From Pseudovirgaria hyperparasitica (Eukaryota), in assembly GCA_010093815.1 (NCBI GenBank), contig ML996583.1: a stretch of 64,000 nucleotides of DNA, one strand, 5' to 3'. The position numbers were made by a program, and so were the translations under genes. This document shows, piece after piece, positions 1 through 11,685 of this stretch. Below the pieces are notes generated by a model. The model made no database searches. It was not told where the DNA came from and saw nothing but the letters and a program-made list of their open reading frames with translations. The stretch's first letter is position 1, and the number at the start of each line of letters is the position of its first letter.

Positions 1-3000
1 TAGAGCTCCGCACGATTGGCCTTTCCCTCCACACAAGTCATACAACACTATCAAACATAATGTGTTAAAGCTCAGGTATATCCTCATTCAACACCTACCA
101 GAATCTCCCTGATAGCTCCCACGTAATAATCTAAGCCAACGTACCTCAGCCTGACCTATTAGTCACACAGTCTATATTGAAAGCCCAAACACAGAGTCGT
201 AATATTGCTTTCAACGAGATCGAGATAGTAGGTGCTCAATTGTAGGGAGACCGTGGATATACGGTCATTCAGGTATCCGTGGGGATTAAATGGCATGCTG
301 CTCGGGAGTGAAATTGTAAAAGGAACTGGATGGATCGTCGTATGCTTCAGTGTCTGTGAGAGGCTCAGGGTGTGACGCACTTGGGATACATCAGTAATTG
401 ACATGCATGCATCATGGTCGCGCCTGGAAGATTGGTTGCCGTTTGGCAATTGTTGGGCAAAAGCCCTATCTTTGCTCAGCAACTATCACGAAGATGGTAC
501 GGTTTCCTTATTCCAGGGCGATAGTTCAACACACATCGGGCACACACTTCAACATTGAACACAATCGCTGTGGTTGATTTCTAGATTCGATGGACATAAA
601 ATCAAACCACAGAAGACCGTGATTAAGGCATCATAACATGAGTGTCTCTCTGTATATCACGAGCCGCGATAGCCGTTGTACGGCTGACCATTTGGAAGCT
701 AGGCTATTCCTTCCTGTTTGAGCTTGAAGTCTCACGGTGGTCATGATGGGTGGGCGGGTCGGTGATCAGCAAGGAAACTAGAATTCGCAGGCAGCTCATG
801 GCGAGCAGCGGAACGCCGTCTGATCAAGATGTTCAACAGACAAGGAGTACCGGCACGTTTCTATCGGTCTGTAAGGACTGCGTTGGCATCAAAAGAAAAA
901 GCACCGATGCAACGTCGTGCAGATACCCGCCTCCATTGCCAACACGGCGGCTGTATGATGCAGGTGTATATGTATGAGCCAAAGGCAAAAAGGGTAACAA
1001 CGCCGTGTTCGGAACGTTCGATGATCGGCCACAACAGCGCCGACGGGACAGCGATAATGGCTGCAGTAGCAGACGATCACGATACGTAGGGTAGGCATCT
1101 GAGCCTTGCGTGGGTAGTTGTGCCGATCAAGCAACTCTTGCACCGGTCGATCGTGTCATCAGAATCGCACGAGAAGGACAAGTTCTTGTACCAGGGTGTG
1201 TGTACACATAGTACGGTATGGGATGGTATATAGCAGGGTTTCTGCGCCGCTGTGGCTGGCTCGACCGCATGCCTGCTCCGTAGAAGATGAAAGCGCTGAA
1301 GGCTAATGCAACAGCGACAAGAGATCGTCGCGGCGCGTACCCTTGGGGAAATCCGAGAATGCTTGTCAAAACCGGTACTAGCACGGAGAGCAACCCGAGT
1401 TGGGCAGAGTGTGTTATACAGTTGACTGGTCTGGTCGGGTTCAAAGGAAACCTCCATCCCTCAGACTAGAGCCCTACTAGTCGGAAGTAAGGGGGCGCGA
1501 ATGAACGACCAAACGCTGGATGCGAACTATCAGATTGCAGGATGGGGAATAGTCCCGCAAACAAATGGCGTCTACCGATTGCTGAAAGCAATTGTCGATA
1601 CCCAAAGCGCCGACAGGCCGACGTTCTAGAATATAGATTCTTCTGGGCTAGTACAATGCGGAAGACGCGAAGGAACACTACCACACGTGCAGGCTTGACT
1701 TTCGCGTGGGATAGGTGATTGCGGCACAGCAGGTTCCTTTGTAAGTAATGGGAACAAATAGTCCAAGGACGACTTTCCGCATCAGGCATATGATGCTGAA
1801 TCGACGACCGGTGCCATCTGTCACTGGCTGTGGCGCGCGACGCGGACCGCCTAATGTGGTTCGTGAGGCACATTGCACATTCAGGTATAGTGTTTGACAC
1901 AGGTGACTGGAGAACGTGTTTCTGGTCGAGTCGAGCAGCAAGTATGGACAAGACAATTGCTTTTCAAGGCTTGTAGGTCATTGTCAGGCTACTTTACCCA
2001 TTCTAGGGCTTAATCCCTCGTGTTATAGCAGTTGGGACGCAATGAATGCATAGTTTTTAGGGGCACTTTAGTATCCTGTAACAAACATGTTTAGTACATG
2101 TAGCAATGGTGCTTAAAAACCAATAATACTTCCACTGCATCCACGGGTCTGGTCCACGCTAAGCAGCCTCGCAGCTGTTAAACTATATCCAGTAGGTTGT
2201 TAGCCAATCTGAGTAGGACGCATGATCTATCTTTAGTATTGGTCTAGTAAGTCTACATGTCATAGCACGACTGTAAGCCTGATATATTACTTATACGGTA
2301 CACAAATTAAAGTTCAGTTTCGTCGATTCGTCAGGTCTAAACAAGCCATACCAGGTTCAAGGATCAGACGGACCGTTTCATGCAGTAATGCCCACCTTCA
2401 CGGAGATGAACGGTGGAATCGCCTGTCAATGCTGCCATGTTGAACTTCTTTGTCCCTGCACTTCAGCTGAGGTGAGAGCGAAGACGAGGCTCCGAAGGCT
2501 GTATACGAGGTGAAGACATGTTCCAAGTTTCTGACATGTATCGCGGATGAGTCTGTGTGTGCAGCCCCGGGCCGGAGAAGCACCGCAAATTAGCAGGGTT
2601 CTCGGGAGCCCAGATTGAAGAAAGCTCATTTGACCCGGCGCGTGAATTACTTATTTAGACTGGGAACTTTTCACCGGCACTAGAAGAGCGATGTGGGCCA
2701 GCTCGTACGAGATGTAGCCGAGTAGAGGCGAGCTCTAAGGAAACTTTTCATTCATAAATAGATTAGCAGTGGATGAATAGGGCCGTATGGGCAAGACGTG
2801 GGCGTGGTGGTGTATGTAATATATGTTGAAACAAACTGCATTCAACAACACGTGATTATAGCACACTAGGGAGCTGAACGATGCCGAATTGGGGATGTTG
2901 GCCCAACCTTATTAGCACCGTGCTCGTGCTTCAGCCACCGTGTACTAGCACACACAAGACCGTCGATGCCTTACACTCGACGAGCACACGTAAACACGAT

Positions 3001-3092
3001 GGTATTATTTAAATGGCTAGTGAGAATTACAGCATTTCGAGTCTAGATTGAGGATGCAGAACCAAGAAGCAAAGCTAGCTTTGGGCGACTTG

Positions 3093-3171
3093 GTGGGCAA
3101 GACAAGAGTAGTGGGCAAGACAAGAGTAGTGGGCAAGACAAGAGTAGTGGGCAAGACAAGAGTAGTGGGCA
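3093..3171. repeat. 18-bp minisatellite (GTGGGCAAGACAAGAGTA) x4.4
   Basis: Four perfect copies at 3093, 3111, 3129 and 3147, plus a partial copy at 3165. Confidence 0.95.
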
Positions 3172-6100
3172 TCACTAGCAGCGGGATCAAACGGCTGTCA
3201 AGCCAACGCAGTGAGTAATGGGCGATGCACCGATGGTGGTGGCGAGTGCAGAGTACGAAGTGGAAAGCTTGGAACGTGGCGGCCATTTTGTAGAGCAATT
3301 GGGAAAGGCCCCACAGCCCAGCTAATTAGACAGTAGTGGACCATAACCAGGAGAGAAGCAAGGCGCTGGAATAGTAATTAGTCGAAAGAGGCAATGGAGA
3401 AGCAGTAGATGTGGCGGGGCGCAGAATTAGATGTGTTGACTGACTATTACGACTGTAGTAGACGCGCTTCGACATGCCACCGTGCGATTTTTCCAGCCTC
3501 TCCTACCCTTGTAGACTTCTGCTGGGCTACACATCTAAAAGATGCTTGCAAGGCTAGATGCAATGATCTGCAACGCGAGAAACGGCCGGGTGAGCCTAAT
3601 CTTGGCACTTCTCACCGATACCGCATGTTTGGTTTGAGCTGTCTAGATTCTGGCGATAGAGGGCGTTGTATAGTCGTTCATCGTACCGTAGGGACACGCC
3701 GCAATTCCGCAGAGCAGAATAAGCAAAGTCATGTAAGCGTTTCAGGTGTCCTAGTCTGGACAAGGGCCGGCCTGTGATGTATGCTCACGGACGATCCGTC
3801 TCATTTCCCGAGTCCCAGCTATCTGTAATCTGCCAATCGATATGTATCCTTTCCCGGCTAGGTATCGATAGCAGTTCCGACGACAAACAAGCACGGAATG
3901 CTAAATCTTAAGCATATCAGCCGTGCATCCTGATCGCTGCAAGATGCAAGTGCCGCAGTATGTACTCTTGATGGCTCTGCCTTGGTCCGAGAGGAAACGA
4001 CATTGTCTCGATCAAGCACCGCATTCTATTACATGCGGTTGTCGTGTCTCCTGTATCGGACGCGTGGTGACCACGATGGATGATATTGTAGGAATGATGC
4101 AGGTTAGCGGTCCACCACGTGCACCCATTGCCGTAAGAAAAAGCATATAGGTCACAAAGAGCAATAACCTCATGCATGCGTGTGCAACTTGAGCTGTGTG
4201 ACTAGTAGTGATGTTATCCTTTGAGAAAACCACGCATAGCTCGAGAGCCCCCAGATACTGCATGCAAAGCCCAGGACGTGAAGCAGCGAATGATCGAACT
4301 CCGTTTACATTCACATCCTCGTTGTCGGTGAGCATGGCATGCCCAGAGCCAGGAGACTGTAGGTACCTAGCACGACTGGCATAAGCCTGCGAGATGGAAT
4401 CTAATACAGTCTTGTGAAACCAGCACGACTCGTGTGATCTCCATTCATGATCCAGTCGATGACCCGAGTGACAGAGACGAATCCATGCTGCAGAGTTACA
4501 AACTTCTTTGTCCGAGAGACGGCAGACTTGGGAGGGTCAAAGAAGTTGGGAACGAATCAGATTCAAGTGATTGGGGCCGCCATGCCTGCCACGGTTTCAT
4601 ATAAATGGCACGCGTGCCCAATCCGGTAAGGTCAAATGCTCGCTTGCTCTCCACAACGTCGAATCGCAGACGAAAAAGCCTCCATTCCTTTTCCACTCCC
4701 TCCTTTCACACTCCACAGCAATCACCTGGCAACTAACTCACTTGTGTGTTTTTGTTATTGCTGCCATCAGCCTAATACTGTCACGAAATCTATTCCGACC
4801 TGGCTTCAGTGCGATCAAGCAGCCGTGCGGCGTTGGTACGTACCTCGGTGATTGCGCAACCAGAAGCCCCCCTCTCACCCTAAGAGGTCTAAGAGGGAAC
4901 CTGTACTGTGTACCATTATATGATACACTGCAGCATCAGGCATCGCCTTCAGCCTTGTCCTCGTCGGAGCAATTCATTTTCTAATACACTTTCCATGGTA
5001 CCGTTTAGCACCTCCCTACGCGGACCTTTTCACCTTTTAGGCATCATGGCAGGCCTCCCAGCTCCATGCTGACCCGTCCAAGAAAGAGTCCCAGAGTTCT
5101 GACATGTTTGTCACACAACTGTCGGCATATTGCTTGTAGACGTTCGGACGGCGCGATACTCTCAGAGACTTACTTGGCAGCAATGTCACTTTCTGGCCGA
5201 CCCACTGCAGTGGGCACTAGACAGTGGACACCAGGGAGGGCCTTTATGTAACGTTTAGTCATGTCTGTCTGGAACGCAGCACTTGAGCCTCCCGCTCATG
5301 CCGCCATTCCTTTTAGTGGAACCCCCTCAGACGATGTAGCTCCAACCTAGAAATAGGCCGATGGCTTGGAGGAGGAGGCCGTGGCACTACTAGCCACAGA
5401 CCTCCAATTGATTCATCGTTGCGGGACCTTGACTGCAAAATAGATGGCTTATAGCTCTGTGACGGTCTGAGTTCCATCAGCTACGAGCTCCGTCAGCTGA
5501 GTCGCTGGTGATACCGCGCTTAGGTTCCCAAACTGCCACAGCGATGCTCAGTACGAGTCTCTCTAGTCTGCGTGAACGCGAATCGGCGGGAAATGGCAGT
5601 CATCTCGGACTTGTTTCGAGTTAAACATCCCAAGATTGTGAAAGCTCATTTTAACTCATGGCTGCATCGGGATTGTGGGCTCATTAAGTCTGACAGCTGG
5701 CATGCCCCTTCATTTCGACCTTTTTCCAGCAACATCCACTTCAAACACTTGCAACAGGGGCATGGCAATCGAGAAACTCTCCCTTCTCCAACTGCGGCAA
5801 GGCTTGCGCTGGTGCGTCGCATCACAGCTGCTAGAGCATCAAAGGTCCCGTCCAAGCCGCATCTCGCTAACTCCCGAGCGTTGGCGAATTGCTTTACCTA
5901 TCTTGGCCAATTGGCCATCTTCCCCTCGTGTTGCAGGATTGTGCGGTTCGTAATGCGGTCTCGGCAGTCCCATCAGGGCGTCTCGTTGGATCTGTCTTTT
6001 CATGCATCGCTGCACCACGAGGTGCTGGACCTATTGAAGCACAAGCAACAACCTTAGCACCCGCTGCCATGGTTATAGCAAATTCAGAATATGCATGCCA

Positions 6101-6503
6101 CGATTCATCTCATCAGCCAAGGTTGGAGCAATGACGGCGAGCTTTCTAGCCATTACACCATGTACTCCATCACTTCTCGTCAGTCCTCTCCGTAGTGGAT
6201 ATCATAGCAGAGTACATGGTCTACTGGTCACGATGACCTTGGTCGGATTGCTGGAGCTGGACACCGCGTCCCATCAACCGGCGGCATACAGAACAGCTCG
6301 ACAGCCAGTACTACTAGTATTCAAAGGGGTGTTGCCAACATTCTTGCTGGAGAGAATACACTGTCTCTATCTCTGTGATATGCAGCCCTGTTCCAGGAAC
6401 GATGAGGACTATCTCAGGCAGTAGATGTGGTAATAGCAGTACCGCAGCTGCTATAGTGTCTGTGTGTCTGTTGGAAGTTTACCTTACCCCTCCTCCACCC
6501 AAT

Positions 6504-6524
6504 CCCCCCCCCCCCCCCCCCCCC
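6504..6524. repeat. poly-C tract (C21)
   Basis: Seen directly; lies ~1.2 kb upstream of the 7688 gene in a pyrimidine-rich region. Confidence 0.95.
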
Positions 6525-7687
6525 AGTCCGTTCCATATCCAAGTTTGATGTACCTCCTCCTCTATTACCTCTGTACTCCCCACTCCGCCTCCGCCGTCAG
6601 CATGCTTTTATTTTCCCAGCGCCCAAGAAGCTATGGGCATTCTGCAGCCAGATTTGCAGGATGGGACCCTTGAATGTCAAGCCGTGCTATCTGTCTAACA
6701 CAATTAGCTCGTGTGTCTACGCGCCTCTTTTCCCTTAGGCTCGAACCAGGGGCGCAGGCGCAGTACAGGTCCACCCCTTCTCGCCGTCCGCCAGCAAGCA
6801 AGATGAAGCAGAGCGGCAAGCCGTTGACGATGGATGCTATCCCATTCCTTCACCTATGCCTTATTGATGACCTTGGAAGAAGCGTTCGCGCCACGAGTCG
6901 CCTCACTGGCCACTGACAGGGCATCCTTCATGCTCTATACTTGGGGTCCTTTCTGGTCCGTCCGACTCCTTAGCGGACATTCAGCTCTCGAAGTGAGCGA
7001 GCAAGTCCTTTCATATCCTGTTTTCGCTCGCATTCTTCCCTTCTGGCCTCTCTAATTATCCTAAGCGATATCCCCCTTCCAGACAGGTGCCCCTTCATAA
7101 GCACACTTCGTGCCTCAGTGCTGCCTCGCTTAGGTTCGGACTCTTCCTACGTCCTGCTTGATTCTGCTGTCGTCGTCTCCCTCCCATATTAACCTCGCTT
7201 CGGGTATACATGTGTTTCCTCAAACGGTCTCACTTTGCCATTCCCGTTCCTCATCAACGCCTTCCGGCTTCCTGATTCGCCGCGTCCCAGCTGCAGCCGT
7301 TGCGCTTGAACTGGCTCGGACAAGCAACCCACGAACAGCTGCTGGAACTGGTACTGAGCCTGGTGCCCAGCCACGCGTAGAGAAGACTGGGCGAGATCGT
7401 CGTTGCAGCAAGTGGCCTGTTACCCAGACACCACCTCTGTTGGTAGCCGCGTACTCCCGACGAATCACAGTCTCTACGCACGAATACCCGCAAGCTTCTA
7501 GTACGCCTCAGGGTAAACCGTTTCTATGCTTCAGGCCACTAGGTACGCTGCTCCCAAAAGCTTCGGTCTTAAAGTGTGTCCCTCCCGTCTCTCTTGCTGT
7601 CGTCACCTGTTTTGACTTCACTTTCAAGTACACTTTCATGTACACTTTCCATGTCGACCTTTTTACCCTTCATATCAGCCATTCCTG

Positions 7688-9312
7688 ATGTTGCTCACAC
7701 TCCAGAAGCCAGCTAAAGCCGATTTCGAATACAAGCATCCTCATGAGTACTCACCACCACTACCTTACTCTTCAAGATTCTCTCCAAAGCCGGCTGGCGG
7801 AATCCTCAGGCCGCTCTCTGTCAGTGCCCGGAGAGAATCACCTACCAGTATGAGTAATCCTCACCGAGGGCTGCCTCCCCCAGCAGCCATGCAATTAGCA
7901 GATCCAGGGCGAGGACCACCACCAATGCAATTAGCAGACCCAGGACGCGGGCCACCACCGCCACCACCACCATCAATGCCTCAGTCACTAGGATCGATGC
8001 CTGCTCCACCACCGCAATGGCAAGGTGCTGAGGAGCCAATGAAGAACTGGCTGGCTGCCAAGGCCGAAGAGGAAAAGCGGAAGCAAGAAGAAGAGAAGAC
8101 GAAGCAAGAGCGGTTGAGGTTAGAGCAGCGGCAGATCGAACAGCAGATGTTACGCGATTCATTCCAAGGTGGCGTTCCTCCGCACATGGTGCCCGTTATC
8201 TTCGCAGGCATTGGTGGTGGCAATCTGGCGAACATGAGTATGGAGTGGCTCCAGCAATACATGTCTCAGGTGCAAGGCACCGTACAGCCACAGCAAGTAT
8301 CTCAGGGACAGATGTCACCAGATGCGCGAAGAGAGCCACCCAGACTGCTCAATCCACCCCCTCATGGAAGTGTGTATGGTTCACAGCAGAGTTTGCCCAT
8401 GGCGCCAGGCGTACAGGGCCAACCGCTTTCTGCAGTACCACCACCCCACGGAGGTTTTGCACAATCAACGTACGCCCGTGGCAGCCAGTCGCCGCAAACA
8501 CGAACACGAGCATCGACCATATCGGGAGGCCAAACAGGAACGCTACATTCAGCTCCGAGAGCACCCACGCAGTCCTCCCTGCCACGACTTACGACCAACG
8601 AAATGCAAGTCCAGCAACCGCCTCCGTCGAGCATGCATCAGCAGCAGCATCCACCGCAGCAACCGCCGCAGGAGCAGACCTCTTCGCCATCCATCTACTT
8701 TCACCACTGGGTGCCCCCTACGTCGCAGCCGTCTTCGAGCAGTCGAGACCCGCCTGCCACCCCTTCAGGTAAAAGATAGCCATTTTGCGATTAATGACTG
8801 CATGCATCAGATTTTAATACGTCGCTGCTCCAGATCACACGACGTCCCCGAAAAAGAGAAAGGCTCAGGGCCCTCACCCCTTTGTTCCTCCACCGACTTC
8901 CGCCCCTCAATATACCTCGCCGCCTTTCTCGCATGACTCTTCGTCAGCGTCGACTCCTGCTCGCAGAGGCCACGTCCGAACTCGCAGCGACACCTCGACT
9001 CGTGCACTTGAAGCTGTTCGACCGCGCAGCCGTCACGGGATGCACCCAGTCTACGGTTACGCAGAAGCGGAACGAGGTGGTAGTCGTGTTCCTGAACGCT
9101 ACGAAAGCCGTCCTGCCCCTGAACGCTATGAAAGTCGTCCTGGTCCTGAGCGCTTGGACGAGAGTCCTGCTCGTAGAGAGAGCGGGAATAGAGAGGCTAG
9201 AGACAGCAGAGAGGGGTACAGAGCATCACACACGTCGACTCCTGTGCGAGCTGGATATCCGCCGCCGCCGCCAACAACGACCAGGTCTCCGAAGCGAGAG
9301 GAGACTCAGTGA
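7688..9312 (+). CDS. Pro/Gln-rich hypothetical protein with coiled coil; join(7688..8768,8834..9312); alternative start 7850
   Basis: The 363-aa ORF splices (GTAAAA..CAG, 8769-8833) in frame into DHTTSPKKRKA and on into the 9040-9312 ORF. Contains a coiled coil (WLAAKAEEEKRKQEEEKTKQERLRLEQRQIEQ), a YFHHWVPP motif and an NLS-like PKKRK. Confidence 0.8.
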
Positions 9313-10448
9313 ATGTGATTTGATGATCCATGATGTCAAGTTTAGTAAGGAAAACAGGCCTCATAGGCGACTGGTCTCAAAGTTTGAAGCTCATCTTTCC
9401 AATTTCATCCTCTCGCCGCAAGAGCATCAACGAAATTTGGCCTTGAAACGGCACGACAATAGCTACTTCTGATTCGAACGTGCAACGCGAAACGTTGGAC
9501 CGGGGTTCAATCTGATACAGTCAGCACGCCTCTAAGCGCTGGTCGAGAAGTGCCTCACCATAATAATCAAAGCTGCGACACGAGCTACATGATTCGTTAA
9601 TCCCGGCTTCTTGGGAAGCGGTGCGTAGACTCGTGTCTTCTAGGATGCTTGATGGGCCGTCAATCTCCAGAGACGCAAAGGCCAATTGAAGCCCCTTTCC
9701 TTTCGGGACAACGGGATTAGTAGGTCATGGTCCAGTCTGTCCTTCTCGAGATGCACCACTTGGTGCTTTCATTGCATGTATTTCACACCTTGATTGGCAG
9801 CGGCCCATCCTTTCGGCCGACCTGCTGTTGTACAAACAAGAAATATCTTTCGACGCGGACCTTTTCAATCAACCATTACGCAGCGCGGAACCCCCTCCAT
9901 TCCGGCATGCCTCTTCTCTGCGTGTCCGTGTCGAAGACACGCAAAGAAGTCGCTACGGATCTACGCACCCAATTGCAGCAGAGCATTCCGTTTCGAGCTT
10001 TAGCTTCTCACTTGGCTAGCCGGCGCGCGTCCTCGGCCGTAGCGCCACCAAGACTTCGTTGCATGATATTATTATTCTTCTTCTGCTTCCACCCGAACCT
10101 GCATTCAAAAAAACGGCGTTTTCTTTTCCCTCTTGCTATTTTGCTCTCTTTCGACTCTCTCGCGTCGAGGGATCACGTCGACCCGATCAGCTAGCACGTT
10201 TGTACATTATCGAGGTTTTGCATTGCATTGGGCTTTAGGGCGTTGGGTGCATAGTTTGTTGGGGGGGATCAGAGCAAAACAAACGATAGCCCCTTCCCGC
10301 CAAAACCGACGAAATAAAAAAATTACTAAATATCATATACCCGTCCCACGCACTTCGGAGTTGTAACCTCCGATACGATGCTTCATGGCTGACGGGCGCT
10401 TCTTGGGGAAGAAGTGTTTTCTTTCTTTGTCTACCGGCTGGGGGTTGG

Positions 10449-11380
10449 TATGTGTATGTGTGTATGTGTGTATGTGTGTATGTGTGTGTGTGCATGTGTA
10501 TATACAGCAGATGACCTTTGACTTTGGAGCGTAGGCTGGGGAAGGGGAGGTGTTGGGACGATCGGTCTGTCCAGGCATTCCCATGGATTCCATGGAAAGC
10601 GGGCATTGGGGCAGATTGGTGATTGGGAGACGCGAAGGAGATGAGGTGTGAAGTCGAATGAAATCAAATGAAATCAAATGAAATCAAATGAAATCAAATG
10701 AAATCAAATGAAATTGAAACCGCTCCCCTGCTCTTGATTGCCTGCTTGCCTGGCTGGCTGGCTGGGTACTTAGTATGTACGTAGGTTGGATACGTATATG
10801 AGTGACTGTACTTGCATGTATGTGTCCCTCGTTCGTAGATGGGTATAGTACTAGAATATCCACACACGGCTAGATACAAAAGGTTGAATACATACACACA
10901 ATGTTCCGCCCACGCCACGAAAGTCCAGTCTGCGCTAAGAAGAAGAAGAAGAAGAACAAGAAAAAAAAAGAAATGTATATGCATGTCACCCATGTCACGC
11001 ACGCATATTCTCGACATCAAAACACAACGGAAACAAAAAAACGAAAGAACGCAAGAACGAAAGAACGAAAGAACGAAAGAACGAAAGAACGAAAGAACGA
11101 AAGAACGAAAGAACGCAAGAACGAAAGAACGAAAGAACGCAAGAACGAAGAAGTAAGAAGTGACTTGTAAGTTAAGTTAAGTTAAGTGTATGTAGACAGA
11201 CTTATTTCCCATTTTTCCGTTTTTCTGTTATTTTTTTTTTGGTTGGGAGGAGGGAGGGTGTTTCGAAAAACTGCTATTGACTGATTGACTGACTAGTTGT
11301 GCTGCCCTACGATATCCTACGATATCCTACGATATCCTACGATATCCTACGATATCCTACGATATCCTACTCTATCCTAC
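10449..11380. repeat. microsatellite island: (TG/TATG)n 10449-10502, (AATGAAATCA)n 10657-10714, (AAG)n/polyA 10937-10971, (AAGAACGA)n 11041-11150, (TAAGT)n ~11168-11186, (CTACGATATC)n 11306-11380
   Basis: Tandem units read directly from the sequence; located between the convergent 7688 gene and the P450. Confidence 0.95.
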
Positions 11381-11685
11381 CTACCACCAGACTCTTCTTT
11401 TCTTCTCTTCTTTTTTTTTTGGGATTCGTCATTTACGTGGTAGTGTGTATGGCTGGAAGAGTGGGATTTCTATCCATCCGAGAAAAAGGACCTGCTGGAT
11501 AAAATATCCTGGGGGAGTATATATGTATGATTTGTGCCAAAAGAAAGACACCCTATACGCCGCCACCGCTCCTGCCCGCACAAAGACAAGCCAATATCCA
11601 GTCTCCCGTTCCCGTTCCCGTTCCTGACAGACACTCAAACCAGGCATCTCTCACTCACCCACCCACCCACCCACCCACTCTCTCC

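Noticed and set aside
70..296. minus-strand spliced micro-peptide (MPFNPHGYLND...)
   Set aside because: Needs a weak GTATAT donor and a branch site abutting the acceptor; not supportable.
1980..2340. RIP-degraded transposon remnant
   Set aside because: Only mildly AT/TpA-rich; no terminal repeats or transposase/RT remnants visible.
3093..3171. CRISPR-like array
   Set aside because: Head-to-tail repeats with no spacers, in a eukaryotic context with no cas genes.
10839..11170. K/R/E/N-rich ORFs
   Set aside because: Products of (AAG)n and (AAGAACGA)n repeats.
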